DNA from: Bacteroidota bacterium
Lineage (GTDB): Bacteria; Bacteroidota; Bacteroidia; NS11-12g; UBA955
Assembly: GCA_947496065.1 (NCBI GenBank)
Contig: CANMBF010000009.1
Span: forward strand, 2,955-66,954
Length of the DNA: 64,000 bases
Reading direction: 5' to 3'
Shown here: positions 1 to 9,580 of the stretch, one piece after another
Layout of the letters: every line of letters begins with the position of its first letter
Position numbering within the stretch: position 1 is the stretch's first letter
Made by a program: the position numbers and the translations under genes
The notes under the pieces: model-generated
Databases searched by the model: none
Told to the model about the DNA's origin: nothing
The model's input: the letters and a program-made list of their open reading frames with translations, nothing else

Positions 1-47
1 TTGTGGCGGTTAACGAAGTGGTCTGTTTGACCCGTATAAAGTTTCAT
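1..47 (-). CDS. gcvP: 5' end of probable glycine dehydrogenase (glycine cleavage P protein); runs off the window
   Basis: Manual translation MKLYTGQTDHFVNRH resembles the GcvP N-terminal F..RH(I/N)GP motif; TACCTTCG promoter-like element at ~73-80. Only 15 codons visible. Confidence 0.5.
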   Translation of the reverse strand, partial: MKLYTGQTDHFVNRH

Positions 48-127
48 TAAATTTAGATTAAAAAATGTGGTGCGAAGGTAAGATAATTTTAAGAATTTTT
101 ATTGCCCTAAGTCTAACATGATTAATA

Positions 128-1489
128 TCAATGTAAAAAGAATTTAAACCAATGTGCGCTTGCTTTCATCGTACGTTTTTTAGTTTCAAAATCAATATAT
201 ACAAGTCCAAATCTAGGATGGTAACCTTCGGCCCATTCAAAATTATCAATCAACGACCAAGCAAAATAGCCTTTTAAATTGACACCTTCATCCATGGCTT
301 TCTTTACCTGTTCTAAATGCAATTGAAAATAATCTATTCTTCTCTCATCCATTATCACTCCTTCAATTATAGCATCATTCAGTGCCATGCCATTTTCCGT
401 AACAATTAAGGGTATCCCGATTTGATAGGCATCTATTTTCTTAAGAACATGGTAGATGGATGGTGGATATATTTCCCAATCCATTGCAGTTAGTTCTGTA
501 GTTCTTAGCTTGGCAGGGACCTGTTTTATTTTTAAAAAAGGATTTAACGGATTCCATTTAAATACCTCTCTAGTATAGGTTTGTATGCCAATAAAATCGA
601 GTGGCACCTTTAAATTTAAGGCATCTTCTGGATCTGTATATTTCTCTATTTGTTCTAATATTTTAATTTCCTCTTTTGGATACCCTAATCCTATGATGGG
701 CTCAAAAAACAAACGGTTAATCAATAAATCGGCTAAAAATGCAGCATTCACATTTCTTTTTTGATCATCAATACTTTCAACATGTGTAAACGAAAATGTG
801 GAACCTACCTTTAATTCGGGGTTAATTGCTTTGATCAATCTAAAGACATGCCCAATGCATAAATTGGCGTGGTGCATAGCTTTGAAAAAATTACTAAAAC
901 CTGTTTTCCCCGGCGCATGAATGCCAAAAAAATAACCAGCGCCCACAAAAACCGAAGGCTCATTTAACACCATCCAATAGTTTACTTTGGTAAATTGGGT
1001 GACACAAATAGTTGCATAAAGGGCAAACCAATCTAAAATGGCTCTGTTGGTCCAGCCTCCCTTCTTTTCAAGTGCAGCAGGCAAATCCCAATGGTAAAGT
1101 GTTACCCATGGCTCAATTTCAACATCTATACAATATTGAATAACCTCTTGGTAAAAAGCAATGCCTTGTGAATTAACTGTTTCGCCATCAGGTAAAATTC
1201 TACTCCATGCGATACTAAATCGAAAGTGTTTAAATCCCATTGATTTTAGCAAATCAATATCCGTTTTAAAATGCCCATAAAAATCGGAAGAATAATTAAG
1301 ATGGTGCCTATTCTTTATTCTGAATTTGGAGGAAAAAAGACCCTTCTGCGCTTGGCAAAATTCATCCCATATGGACACACCTTTGCCGTCGGCCAAAGCA
1401 GCCGATTCTGTTTGAGCTGCAGAAATAGCTGCACCCCAAATAAATGATTCTCCAAATTCAGTTGCTTTCAAAGGCTCAATGCACTCCAA
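128..1489 (-). CDS. Beta-glucosidase, glycoside hydrolase family 1
   Basis: FIWGAAISAAQTE, RFSIAWSRI, TLYHWD, acid/base NEP, nucleophile VTENG, WSLIDNFEWAEG. Confidence 0.95.
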   Translation of the reverse strand: MECIEPLKATEFGESFIWGAAISAAQTESAALADGKGVSIWDEFCQAQKGLFSSKFRIKNRHHLNYSSDFYGHFKTDIDLLKSMGFKHFRFSIAWSRILPDGETVNSQGIAFYQEVIQYCIDVEIEPWVTLYHWDLPAALEKKGGWTNRAILDWFALYATICVTQFTKVNYWMVLNEPSVFVGAGYFFGIHAPGKTGFSNFFKAMHHANLCIGHVFRLIKAINPELKVGSTFSFTHVESIDDQKRNVNAAFLADLLINRLFFEPIIGLGYPKEEIKILEQIEKYTDPEDALNLKVPLDFIGIQTYTREVFKWNPLNPFLKIKQVPAKLRTTELTAMDWEIYPPSIYHVLKKIDAYQIGIPLIVTENGMALNDAIIEGVIMDERRIDYFQLHLEQVKKAMDEGVNLKGYFAWSLIDNFEWAEGYHPRFGLVYIDFETKKRTMKASAHWFKFFLH

Positions 1490-1658
1490 TAAAGTCGACG
1501 CAATATTGCAGTTTTTATCGTCTCAAACAATGACTGATTGATTTTAAGAATAACTCGCACATGAGCATGAACAAAAAAATTAAAATACTTCTCATATTCA
1601 TACAAAGTTGCGCAACGAATATTAACTTTTTATTAAATTCCTATGATGTTTAAAATAA

Positions 1659-1684
1659 AAAGACCGCCAAAAATGGCGGCCTTT
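1659..1684 (-). terminator. Rho-independent terminator after clpB
   Basis: aaagaccgcca-aaaa-tggcggccttt hairpin with T-rich tail on the minus strand. Confidence 0.75.
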
Positions 1685-1704
1685 CATACTAGATTTTATA
1701 TGAT

Positions 1705-4299
1705 TTAATTTCGAAAAACAATCTCATTGTTAAATGAATCTACAATTATTTTTGATTCCTTTTTTACCTCACCTGTCAATATTTTTTTTGACAATTCGTT
1801 CAATACTTTTTTCTGTAATACACGCTTCAATGGTCGTGCACCAAACTGAGGATCGTAACCCAACTGACCTAACCAATCTGCGGCTTCTTCGGTAATTTCG
1901 ATGGCAAAACCTGCCTCGGCCAATTGCTTGGTAATACCCGCCAATTGTATCTTCACAATCTGATGAATATTCTCTCTGCTCAATGGTTCAAACATCAATA
2001 TCTCATCTATTCTATTTAAGAATTCAGGACGAATGGTACTCTTCAACAATTGATATACTTCATCCTTTGTTTTAGCCAATACTTGATCTTTATTCGCATC
2101 AGTCATCTCCTCAAAATTCTCTTGAATAATGTGTGAACCAATATTGCTGGTCATAATCACAATGGTATTTTTAAAATTAGCAGTTCTTCCTTTGTTATCG
2201 GTCAATCTACCATCATCTAATACCTGCAGTAAAATATTGAAAACATCTGGGTGCGCTTTTTCAATCTCATCTAGTAAAATCACTGAATAAGGCCTTCTGC
2301 GCACAGCTTCTGTTAACTGACCCCCTTCATCATAACCCACATAACCTGGAGGTGCTCCAATCAATCGACTGACGGTATGTTTCTCTTGGTACTCGCTCAT
2401 ATCAATTCTCACCATGGCATTGTCATCGTTGAATAAGAAAGCGGCCAAGGCTTTGGCCAACTCTGTTTTACCAACACCAGTGGTTCCCAAAAAGATAAAT
2501 GAACCGATTGGTTTTTTGGGATCTTGTAAACCTGCTCTGCTTCTTCGCACAGCATCCGAAATGGCGGCAATAGCTTCTTCCTGACCCACCACACGTTTGT
2601 GTAATTCATCTTCTAAATGCACTAATTTTTCGCGCTCACTTTGCAACATGCGGTTCACAGGTATGCCTGTCCATTTACTTACAACCTCTGCAATATCTTC
2701 GGCATCTACCTCTTCCTTCACCATGGGTTTGTCGCCTTGCACTTCAATTAATTTAACTTGCAATTTTGATACTTCTTCCTCAGCTTCTTTTATTTTTCCA
2801 TAACGAAGCTCCGCGACCTTACCAAAGTCGCCGTTGCGTTCGGCTTGATCGGCTTCGTTTTTATATTGTTCTATGTCGCCTTTGCGCGTTTGAATTTTTT
2901 CTACCACATCTTTCTCACTTCTCCAACGGGCGTTAATGGTGCTGCGTTCCTCATTCAAATTGGCCAACTCAGAATTCAGTTTACTTAATTTATCCTTGTC
3001 ATTTTCTTTTTTAATGGCTTCTTTCTCTATCTCTAACTGCATAATTCTGCGGTTCAGCTCATCGAGTTCTTGTGGTAATGAATCAATTTCAATTCTCAGT
3101 TTTGAGGCCGCTTCATCTAATAAATCAATAGCCTTATCTGGCAAAAAACGATCGGAAATATAGCGGCTCGAAAGTTCTACCGCATTGATAATTGCTTCAT
3201 CTTTTATCTGAACTTTATGATGGGTTTCATAACGCTCTTTCAAACCGCGTAAAATCGAAATGGCATCTTGTTCGCTCGGTTCCTCAACCATTACTTTTTG
3301 AAAACGACGCTCTAATGCTTTATCATTCTCAATGTACTTTTGATACTCGGCCAAGGTAGTGGCGCCAATGGCTTTTAGCTCACCACGGGCCAAAGCAGGT
3401 TTTAAAATATTGGCCGCATCCATTGCGCCTTCGCTTTTTCCAGCCCCTACAAGGGTATGTATTTCATCAATAAACAATACAATTTCGCCATTGCTTTTGA
3501 TTACTTCATTCACAACGGCTTTTAAACGCTCTTCAAATTCGCCCTTATATTTAGCGCCCGCAATTAAAGCGCCCATATCTAAACTAAAAATGGTTTTAGA
3601 TTTTAAATTCTCAGGCACATCGCCTTGCACGACTCTTCGCGCTAAACCCTCGGCTATGGCTGTTTTACCAACACCTGGCTCTCCAATTAAAATAGGATTA
3701 TTCTTTGTTCTTCTACTTAAAATTTGTAGTACTCTTCTGATCTCATCATCTCTGCCAATTACTGGATCCAATTTACCAGCCGAGGCGAGTTCATTTAAAT
3801 TCATTCCATATTTTTTCAAGGCATTGTATTGCTCACCGCCACTTTGTGAATTCACCGTACTATTGCCCCTCAAATCTTTAATGGCTTTTTTAGCATCTGC
3901 TAATTTAACACCCGCATCTTTTAGCAAATTGCTTATAGTATCGCTATTAGAAAGCAATGCAATGATCAAATGTTCAATCGAAACATATTCATCACCAAAT
4001 TCTTTCATCTGTTTCTCGGCACTCATTAGTGTAGTATTTAAGGCAGGGGATAAAAACTGATTGTTTTGATCGCCTGTTACTTTTGGTAAACCTGAAATAA
4101 TGGCATCTAAAGCCGATTTGGCTCTGTTGATATTAGCACCAGTTTTATTGAAAATAAATGAAATCACTTCTTCATCGTTTTCAAAAATACTTTTCATTAA
4201 GTGGGCATTCTCTATACTGGGATTGCCATTTTCAAAAGCCAATTGTTGCGCTTGTTGAACACATTCTTGTGCCTTTATTGTAAATTTATTAATGTTCAT
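1705..4299 (-). CDS. clpB: ATP-dependent chaperone ClpB
   Basis: Two AAA+ modules ([16 protein letters not shown]), coiled-coil middle domain, GAPPGYVGY, 864 aa. Confidence 0.98.
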   Translation of the reverse strand: MNINKFTIKAQECVQQAQQLAFENGNPSIENAHLMKSIFENDEEVISFIFNKTGANINRAKSALDAIISGLPKVTGDQNNQFLSPALNTTLMSAEKQMKEFGDEYVSIEHLIIALLSNSDTISNLLKDAGVKLADAKKAIKDLRGNSTVNSQSGGEQYNALKKYGMNLNELASAGKLDPVIGRDDEIRRVLQILSRRTKNNPILIGEPGVGKTAIAEGLARRVVQGDVPENLKSKTIFSLDMGALIAGAKYKGEFEERLKAVVNEVIKSNGEIVLFIDEIHTLVGAGKSEGAMDAANILKPALARGELKAIGATTLAEYQKYIENDKALERRFQKVMVEEPSEQDAISILRGLKERYETHHKVQIKDEAIINAVELSSRYISDRFLPDKAIDLLDEAASKLRIEIDSLPQELDELNRRIMQLEIEKEAIKKENDKDKLSKLNSELANLNEERSTINARWRSEKDVVEKIQTRKGDIEQYKNEADQAERNGDFGKVAELRYGKIKEAEEEVSKLQVKLIEVQGDKPMVKEEVDAEDIAEVVSKWTGIPVNRMLQSEREKLVHLEDELHKRVVGQEEAIAAISDAVRRSRAGLQDPKKPIGSFIFLGTTGVGKTELAKALAAFLFNDDNAMVRIDMSEYQEKHTVSRLIGAPPGYVGYDEGGQLTEAVRRRPYSVILLDEIEKAHPDVFNILLQVLDDGRLTDNKGRTANFKNTIVIMTSNIGSHIIQENFEEMTDANKDQVLAKTKDEVYQLLKSTIRPEFLNRIDEILMFEPLSRENIHQIVKIQLAGITKQLAEAGFAIEITEEAADWLGQLGYDPQFGARPLKRVLQKKVLNELSKKILTGEVKKESKIIVDSFNNEIVFRN

Positions 4300-4508
4300 T
4301 TTGTTTTATTTATTATTTATTTTGAGCAGCGGGATCAAACGATTTTCGGGTAGACTTAATCAAAACAAAATCCAAAGGCAATTAACTGCTAGTTAGTCAG
4401 TAATATCGGCCATTATGCTATATTTTGAATCCTAAAATAAAATAAATACGCAATATTGTCTGAGTCATCTAAAAAGATTAAAATTGCATCACAATAATTG
4501 CACACTTT

Positions 4509-5069
4509 TTGCATTTATATATACAGAACGTGAATTTATTTAAAAAACTCATATTACCCTTTGCTTTATTACTCATAATAATGGGTGCTACAACTGTTGC
4601 TAAAGTTTTATGGCAGGAAAATAAACCTTTAACCAAGCAACATTTTAAAGGACCAGTTGATACCAAATCAAAATTCATGTCGAATACGAATACCACTTTA
4701 AACATCCGTATTGTTAAACAAAGGGGAGTAACCGCAGAGGTCACCAATTATTTTGATCCTGCCAAATCATGGATAAAACCCAATGCGACCAACGAGATTT
4801 TAAAACATGAACAACTCCATTTTGATATTACTGAGATATATGCCCGCGAGTTAAGAAAAAGAGTTAAACACCTTCAAAAAAACACCAGTGATGCCGATGT
4901 ACTAAACATGGAAATCAAATCGGCTTTCAAACAATATGCAAGACTGATGGAGAAGGAACAGACAAGATATGACACAGAAACCAACCACTCAATTATCGTT
5001 GACATGCAAAAGAAATGGTCAGATAGTGTTGCTATCAGACTCATTGGTTTGAATGAATTTAAAAAATAA
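4509..5069 (+). CDS. DUF922-like putative Zn-dependent protease, secreted
   Basis: N-terminal hydrophobic signal, HEQLHFDITE (HExxH), YDTETNH motif. Confidence 0.75.
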   Translation: MHLYIQNVNLFKKLILPFALLLIIMGATTVAKVLWQENKPLTKQHFKGPVDTKSKFMSNTNTTLNIRIVKQRGVTAEVTNYFDPAKSWIKPNATNEILKHEQLHFDITEIYARELRKRVKHLQKNTSDADVLNMEIKSAFKQYARLMEKEQTRYDTETNHSIIVDMQKKWSDSVAIRLIGLNEFKK

Positions 5070-5279
5070 GTAAAATCAATTTTAAAAATCTCCAATTTTC
5101 ATATTACTGTAATAATTTGACAAATTTTTCTGAATCCGTCAATTTATCAATAAGTTTGTTGAAACAAATAATAATCCTAGAGGCCCTAACTTAATATTTA
5201 GATAATAGTTCAAATATCAAGAAATCGATTATTTTTGCAATGCTTTATAAAAAAACCAGACCCAAAAACCCGTATCAGA

Positions 5280-7169
5280 ATGAGTGAAACAGACCAAATT
5301 TTAAATGATGCTTTGACCAACGATCCAAAAGAAAATGCATTAGAAGCCGCTATCACACACCTTGAAAAAAAAGGTGATAGCGAAGAGCAAGATGAATTTA
5401 TTGAGGTGGCCGAAGAAGAAGAGAAAAGGGATAACACGGATTATTCTGGTTTCACCAAATCAGATTTTGTAAAAAAGGCAGAAGAATTGGTGTTCAATAC
5501 CAATTTGAAAGAGGGCCATGATATATTCAAAAAAATAAGAGTCCTTTTTGACGATGCCATTAAAGCTGAAAGGGTATTGCTAATAAAGGAATGGGCTGAT
5601 GCAGGCAATGAAGTGCGAGAATTTAAACCACCCTACGACGAGCAAAAAGAAGTCTTCTATAAAGCCTATACCAAATTTTTAGAAAAAAGAGCCGAAGAAA
5701 AAAAATTAGCGGAAGACGAAAAAAAGAAAAATCTAAACGCTAAAAAAAGTATCATTGAAAAATTAAGAGTTTTAACCTCAAATGATGAAACTGAAAAAGC
5801 TTTTGACGAAGTAAGAGAATTGCAAAAGCAATGGCGCCAAATTAGAACGGTGCCGCGCGAGCACATGCAAGACCTTTGGGATAATTACCGCTTCTTACTC
5901 GAAAAATTCTATGACAACCATACCATTAACAATGAGTTGAAGGAATTGGATAGAGAGAAAAACTTAGAAGCAAAAATTGACTTGATTAAAAAAGTTAGTG
6001 CGTTGCATGAAGAGAAATCAATCAAGAAAACCTATATTCTTTTAAACAAATACCATGAAGATTTTAAAAACACTGGACCAGTCAATGGCAAAGATGTTTC
6101 TGAAGAAATATGGAAACGTTTCAAGGATGCATCTGATAAAGTTTTAAATGAAAAAAGAGTTGTTTTAGATGAAATCAAAGCCAAGCGCAGTGATAACCTT
6201 GAATTGAAAAAGGTATTATGCGAAAAAATAGAATTGATTAATCAGATGCCGATTGAAAACGCCAAGCAATGGAAAGAAAAATCGGAAGAGATTACTGCTA
6301 TTTTCAATGAATGGAAAACAATTGGACCAGTGCCAGAAAGTGTAAATGATCAAATCTGGAAACGTTTCAGAGAAGCTCAAAATAACTTCAATCACAGCAA
6401 AAAAGGTTTCTTTGATAAACTTAACAGCGGCAGAGATGAAAATTTAAAAGCCAAATTGGCCTTGTGCGAGCAAGTTGAAAAGCTAATAGACAATCCGCAA
6501 TTCGATATTACTTCTAAAAAGATTATTGCTTTACAGGAGCAATGGCGCGGTATTGGACCAGTGCCTGATAAAATGAATGATGTTGTTTGGACCCGGTTCA
6601 GAGCAGCTTGTGATGCATTCTTTAGCAAAAAAGATGTTTTCTATAAAGAGAAAAACGCTGGCGAAAAAGAAAATCAAGTTGCTAAAGAAGGCATTCTTAA
6701 AGCAGTTACCGAATTAATAGAGAATAATGATAGTACTGCTGTATTTCAAGCTTTACGCAAGCTGCAACAAGATTGGATGAGCATAGGTTATGTACCTATG
6801 AAAGTGAAAAATGATTTGCAAAACAACTACAACAAAGCAGTTGATGCCATCTATAAAAAGCATAAGCAAGCAGCAGATGAGAACAAACAATTCAGAATGA
6901 AAGAACATTATGAAATGTTGGCATCAGCGCCTAATGGCGACGATAAATTGAAATACGAGGAACGCCAATTGAATGACAAATTGAAGATGTTGCGCGATGA
7001 TGTTGAAACATTGAAAAACAACGTTGAATTTTTTGCTAAATCTAAAAATGCCGATGCTTTCAAACTTCAAATAGAACAAAAAATTGAAACTGCCAATGTG
7101 CAGATTGCTAAACTATCTGAGGAATTAAAAGTGCTTCGCTCCTTCAAAAAAACCAGTGCTAGGTATTAA
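5280..7169 (+). CDS. DUF349 domain-containing protein (start probably MSETDQ at 5280)
   Basis: Repeated W..IGPVP....W.RF..A helical units. Confidence 0.9.
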   Translation: MSETDQILNDALTNDPKENALEAAITHLEKKGDSEEQDEFIEVAEEEEKRDNTDYSGFTKSDFVKKAEELVFNTNLKEGHDIFKKIRVLFDDAIKAERVLLIKEWADAGNEVREFKPPYDEQKEVFYKAYTKFLEKRAEEKKLAEDEKKKNLNAKKSIIEKLRVLTSNDETEKAFDEVRELQKQWRQIRTVPREHMQDLWDNYRFLLEKFYDNHTINNELKELDREKNLEAKIDLIKKVSALHEEKSIKKTYILLNKYHEDFKNTGPVNGKDVSEEIWKRFKDASDKVLNEKRVVLDEIKAKRSDNLELKKVLCEKIELINQMPIENAKQWKEKSEEITAIFNEWKTIGPVPESVNDQIWKRFREAQNNFNHSKKGFFDKLNSGRDENLKAKLALCEQVEKLIDNPQFDITSKKIIALQEQWRGIGPVPDKMNDVVWTRFRAACDAFFSKKDVFYKEKNAGEKENQVAKEGILKAVTELIENNDSTAVFQALRKLQQDWMSIGYVPMKVKNDLQNNYNKAVDAIYKKHKQAADENKQFRMKEHYEMLASAPNGDDKLKYEERQLNDKLKMLRDDVETLKNNVEFFAKSKNADAFKLQIEQKIETANVQIAKLSEELKVLRSFKKTSARY

Positions 7170-7186
7170 AATTACACCTAACCCAC

Positions 7187-7972
7187 ATGTTAAAGCGACT
7201 GCAGTTAGCAATTGATTATCTTTTTTATTTTTTTTCCTCAGGCACCCAACACAATGTGCACTCTCCCTTTGTGTTCAATTTTGTAACCAAAGTTTTAAGA
7301 GCAAGAAAAAACAAACCAGCCTACCATTCAATTGAATTAATACGCACTAAAATGTTGCGCAGCAACGCACCTATAGAAGTGTTGCCCTTGGGTGCAAAAA
7401 CCACCGGCAAAACCACCTATATGCCTTTAAAAAACCTAGTTGCAAAAACCTCTAAATCGGCTAAATATGGCGAACTACTCGAACGCATTTGCGAATATTT
7501 TGAACCGCAATACGCTTTAGAAATTGGCAGTTCCTTGGGCATTAGCACGCTTTACCAAGCTAGCGGCATACACAATGGCTATTTAATAAGTTTAGAAGGC
7601 AACCCAAAAAGTTTGGAAATAGCCCAACACAACATTGACAGTTTGGGTATGCAACATGTGCAATTTGGATTGGGCTTATTCGACGATACTTTGCCAATGG
7701 TGATAGAACAGGTGCCTCAGTTAGACTATGTATTTTTCGATGGCAATCATAGCTTAGACGCCACCTTGCGCTATTTTGAGTGGTGTTTAAAAAAGGCCCA
7801 TTCTAACTCTGTGTTTATTTTTGACGATATTCGCTGGAGTGAAGAGATGAATAGGGCTTGGCAAAAAATAAAAAATCATCCCAGTGTTATGGTGAGTATC
7901 GACTTATTTTTCATGGGTATTGTATTTTTTAGAACCGAACAGGCGAAAGAACATTTTACTTTGCGTTTTTAA
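7187..7972 (+). CDS. Class I SAM-dependent methyltransferase
   Basis: HSPFVF, LEIGSSLGIS, FFDGNH, FDDIRWS motifs. Confidence 0.9.
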   Translation: MLKRLQLAIDYLFYFFSSGTQHNVHSPFVFNFVTKVLRARKNKPAYHSIELIRTKMLRSNAPIEVLPLGAKTTGKTTYMPLKNLVAKTSKSAKYGELLERICEYFEPQYALEIGSSLGISTLYQASGIHNGYLISLEGNPKSLEIAQHNIDSLGMQHVQFGLGLFDDTLPMVIEQVPQLDYVFFDGNHSLDATLRYFEWCLKKAHSNSVFIFDDIRWSEEMNRAWQKIKNHPSVMVSIDLFFMGIVFFRTEQAKEHFTLRF

Positions 7973-8944
7973 ATGACCGAAAAGTTCAATTTCAATAAAT
8001 GGTTTTGGAAACTACCTCCAGTTAAAAGGTTTGTTAATTTTCTTGACAATATTATTCCACCCGGTTTCCAAGGTGCCTCCTTGTTTTCTGTGTTTCAGTT
8101 TTTCTTCCGTGGTATTATCAATCCAAAATTCAATTTGTATGCTGGCTCCCTTTCATGGAATTTTTTCTTGGCCATTTTTCCATCATTAATTTTTCTATTT
8201 ACATTAATTGCCTACATACCTGTTCACAATTTACAGAAGCAAATCCTTATTCAAATCGATTTCTTTTTACCGAAAGACGCTTATAAAATTATCAAATCAA
8301 CGATTACCGATATTGTTCACAAGCAGCGTTCAGGTCTATTATCATTGGGTTTTTTATCTGCCCTTTATTTTGCTAGTAATGGGGTATTTTCGATGATGTT
8401 AGCCTTTGATAGTAATTTTCAAGAGGAAGAAAAAAAGAAACGGAATTTTTTTCAAAAACGCGGCCGCTCCATTCTTTTAACGCTTGGCATAACCACCCTT
8501 ATATTTTTATCACTAATCGTATTAATTACTGGCTCCTATTTTTCAACTTATATTATCAAGCACCATATTATCAATAAATCGGTTATGCTTTTTGTGGTCA
8601 GTGTATTGCAATTTATTACGCTATCTGCTTTGGTGTTTTTTATCATGAGTTCCATTTATTATTTTGGACACTCAGCAAAGAAAAAATGGCGCTTCTTTTC
8701 TCCAGGTGCCACTGTAGCAACCGTTTTATCTTTGGCTGCTACTTATATTTTCTCGAGTTATGTCGATGGTTTTAATAGCTATAACAAGCTATATGGCAGT
8801 ATTGGTGCCATTATTGTCATGATGTTATTGATTTATTTCAACACCCTATGTGTCTTAGTAGGCTTTGAGCTAAATAAGAGCATAGAAACAGTGGTAAAAA
8901 TCACCCAACAAAAGCGCAAGCAAGAAAACCGATTTTTGCATTAA
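7973..8944 (+). CDS. YihY/virulence factor BrkB family membrane protein
   Basis: Multi-TM; FFLAIFP, YNKLYGSIGA, GFELN motifs. Confidence 0.9.
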   Translation: MTEKFNFNKWFWKLPPVKRFVNFLDNIIPPGFQGASLFSVFQFFFRGIINPKFNLYAGSLSWNFFLAIFPSLIFLFTLIAYIPVHNLQKQILIQIDFFLPKDAYKIIKSTITDIVHKQRSGLLSLGFLSALYFASNGVFSMMLAFDSNFQEEEKKKRNFFQKRGRSILLTLGITTLIFLSLIVLITGSYFSTYIIKHHIINKSVMLFVVSVLQFITLSALVFFIMSSIYYFGHSAKKKWRFFSPGATVATVLSLAATYIFSSYVDGFNSYNKLYGSIGAIIVMMLLIYFNTLCVLVGFELNKSIETVVKITQQKRKQENRFLH

Positions 8945-9023
8945 AACTCGGCTACCACATTTGGTTTCCTTACTATTTCACAACATTTTTCCATTTATAA
9001 TTGGGTAATTGCAATTATTTATT

Positions 9024-9031
9024 TATTTTTG
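9024..9031 (+). promoter_or_regulatory. Bacteroidota -7 promoter element for tRNA-Ser
   Basis: TATTTTTG matches TAnnTTTG just upstream of the tRNA. Confidence 0.65.
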
Positions 9032-9049
9032 CACCCCTTAAGCATAACC

Positions 9050-9137
9050 GGAGAAATGGCAGAGCGGTTGAATGCGGCAGTCTTGAAAACTGTTTTAGTG
9101 TAAGCTAACGGGGGTTCGAATCCCTCTTTCTCCGCCA
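9050..9137 (+). tRNA. tRNA-Ser(TGA)
   Basis: GGAGAAA/TTTCTCC acceptor stem, anticodon loop CT-TGA-AA, long variable arm, GTTCGAATC T loop, encoded CCA. Confidence 0.95.
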
Positions 9138-9154
9138 ACCAATGTTTATGAAAG

Positions 9155-9176
9155 AGCCCCGCAAGGGGCTTTTTTT
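9155..9176 (+). terminator. Terminator after tRNA-Ser
   Basis: agcccc-gcaa-ggggct followed by a T run. Confidence 0.8.
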
Positions 9177-9249
9177 ATGCGGCAACATTCACCATCCGCC
9201 AAAGGCGGATGAGTGAATTTGTGGCATAAAAAAAGCCAATAAAATTGCT

Positions 9250-9524
9250 TGCAATTTTATTGGGCTCTTAAATAAACATTGGTTGTAGCCTACCCCTTTG
9301 GGATCACGCAGTAACCCCAGCCACTGCGCTGATTGAAACGCCATTAAGTCACTGCAATTTTATTGGGCTCTTAAATAAACATTGGTTGTAGCCTACCCCT
9401 TTGGGATCACGCATTAGCCCCAGCCACTGCGCTGATTGAAACGCCATTAAGTCACTGCAATTTTATTGGGCTCTTAAATAAACATTGGTTGAAGCCTCCC
9501 CTCTGGGATCACGCAGTAATCCCA
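9250..9524. repeat. Tandem direct repeat, 103-bp unit, ~2.7 copies
   Basis: tgcaattttattgggctcttaaataaacattggttg... starts at 9250, 9353 and 9456. Confidence 0.95.
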
Positions 9525-9580
9525 TGCCCAACTAATACTTTTTTGAACTTCCTATTTTATCGCGTAATTTCGCATCACTT

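Noticed and set aside
2409-4060. Antisense and alternative-frame ORFs within clpB (including the 233-aa ORF), and similar ones in pyk, glyQS, accD and the GH genes
   Set aside because: Shadow ORFs of conserved genes with no independent motifs.
9250-9524. CRISPR array
   Set aside because: The whole 103-bp unit repeats with no unique spacers, and there are no cas genes.
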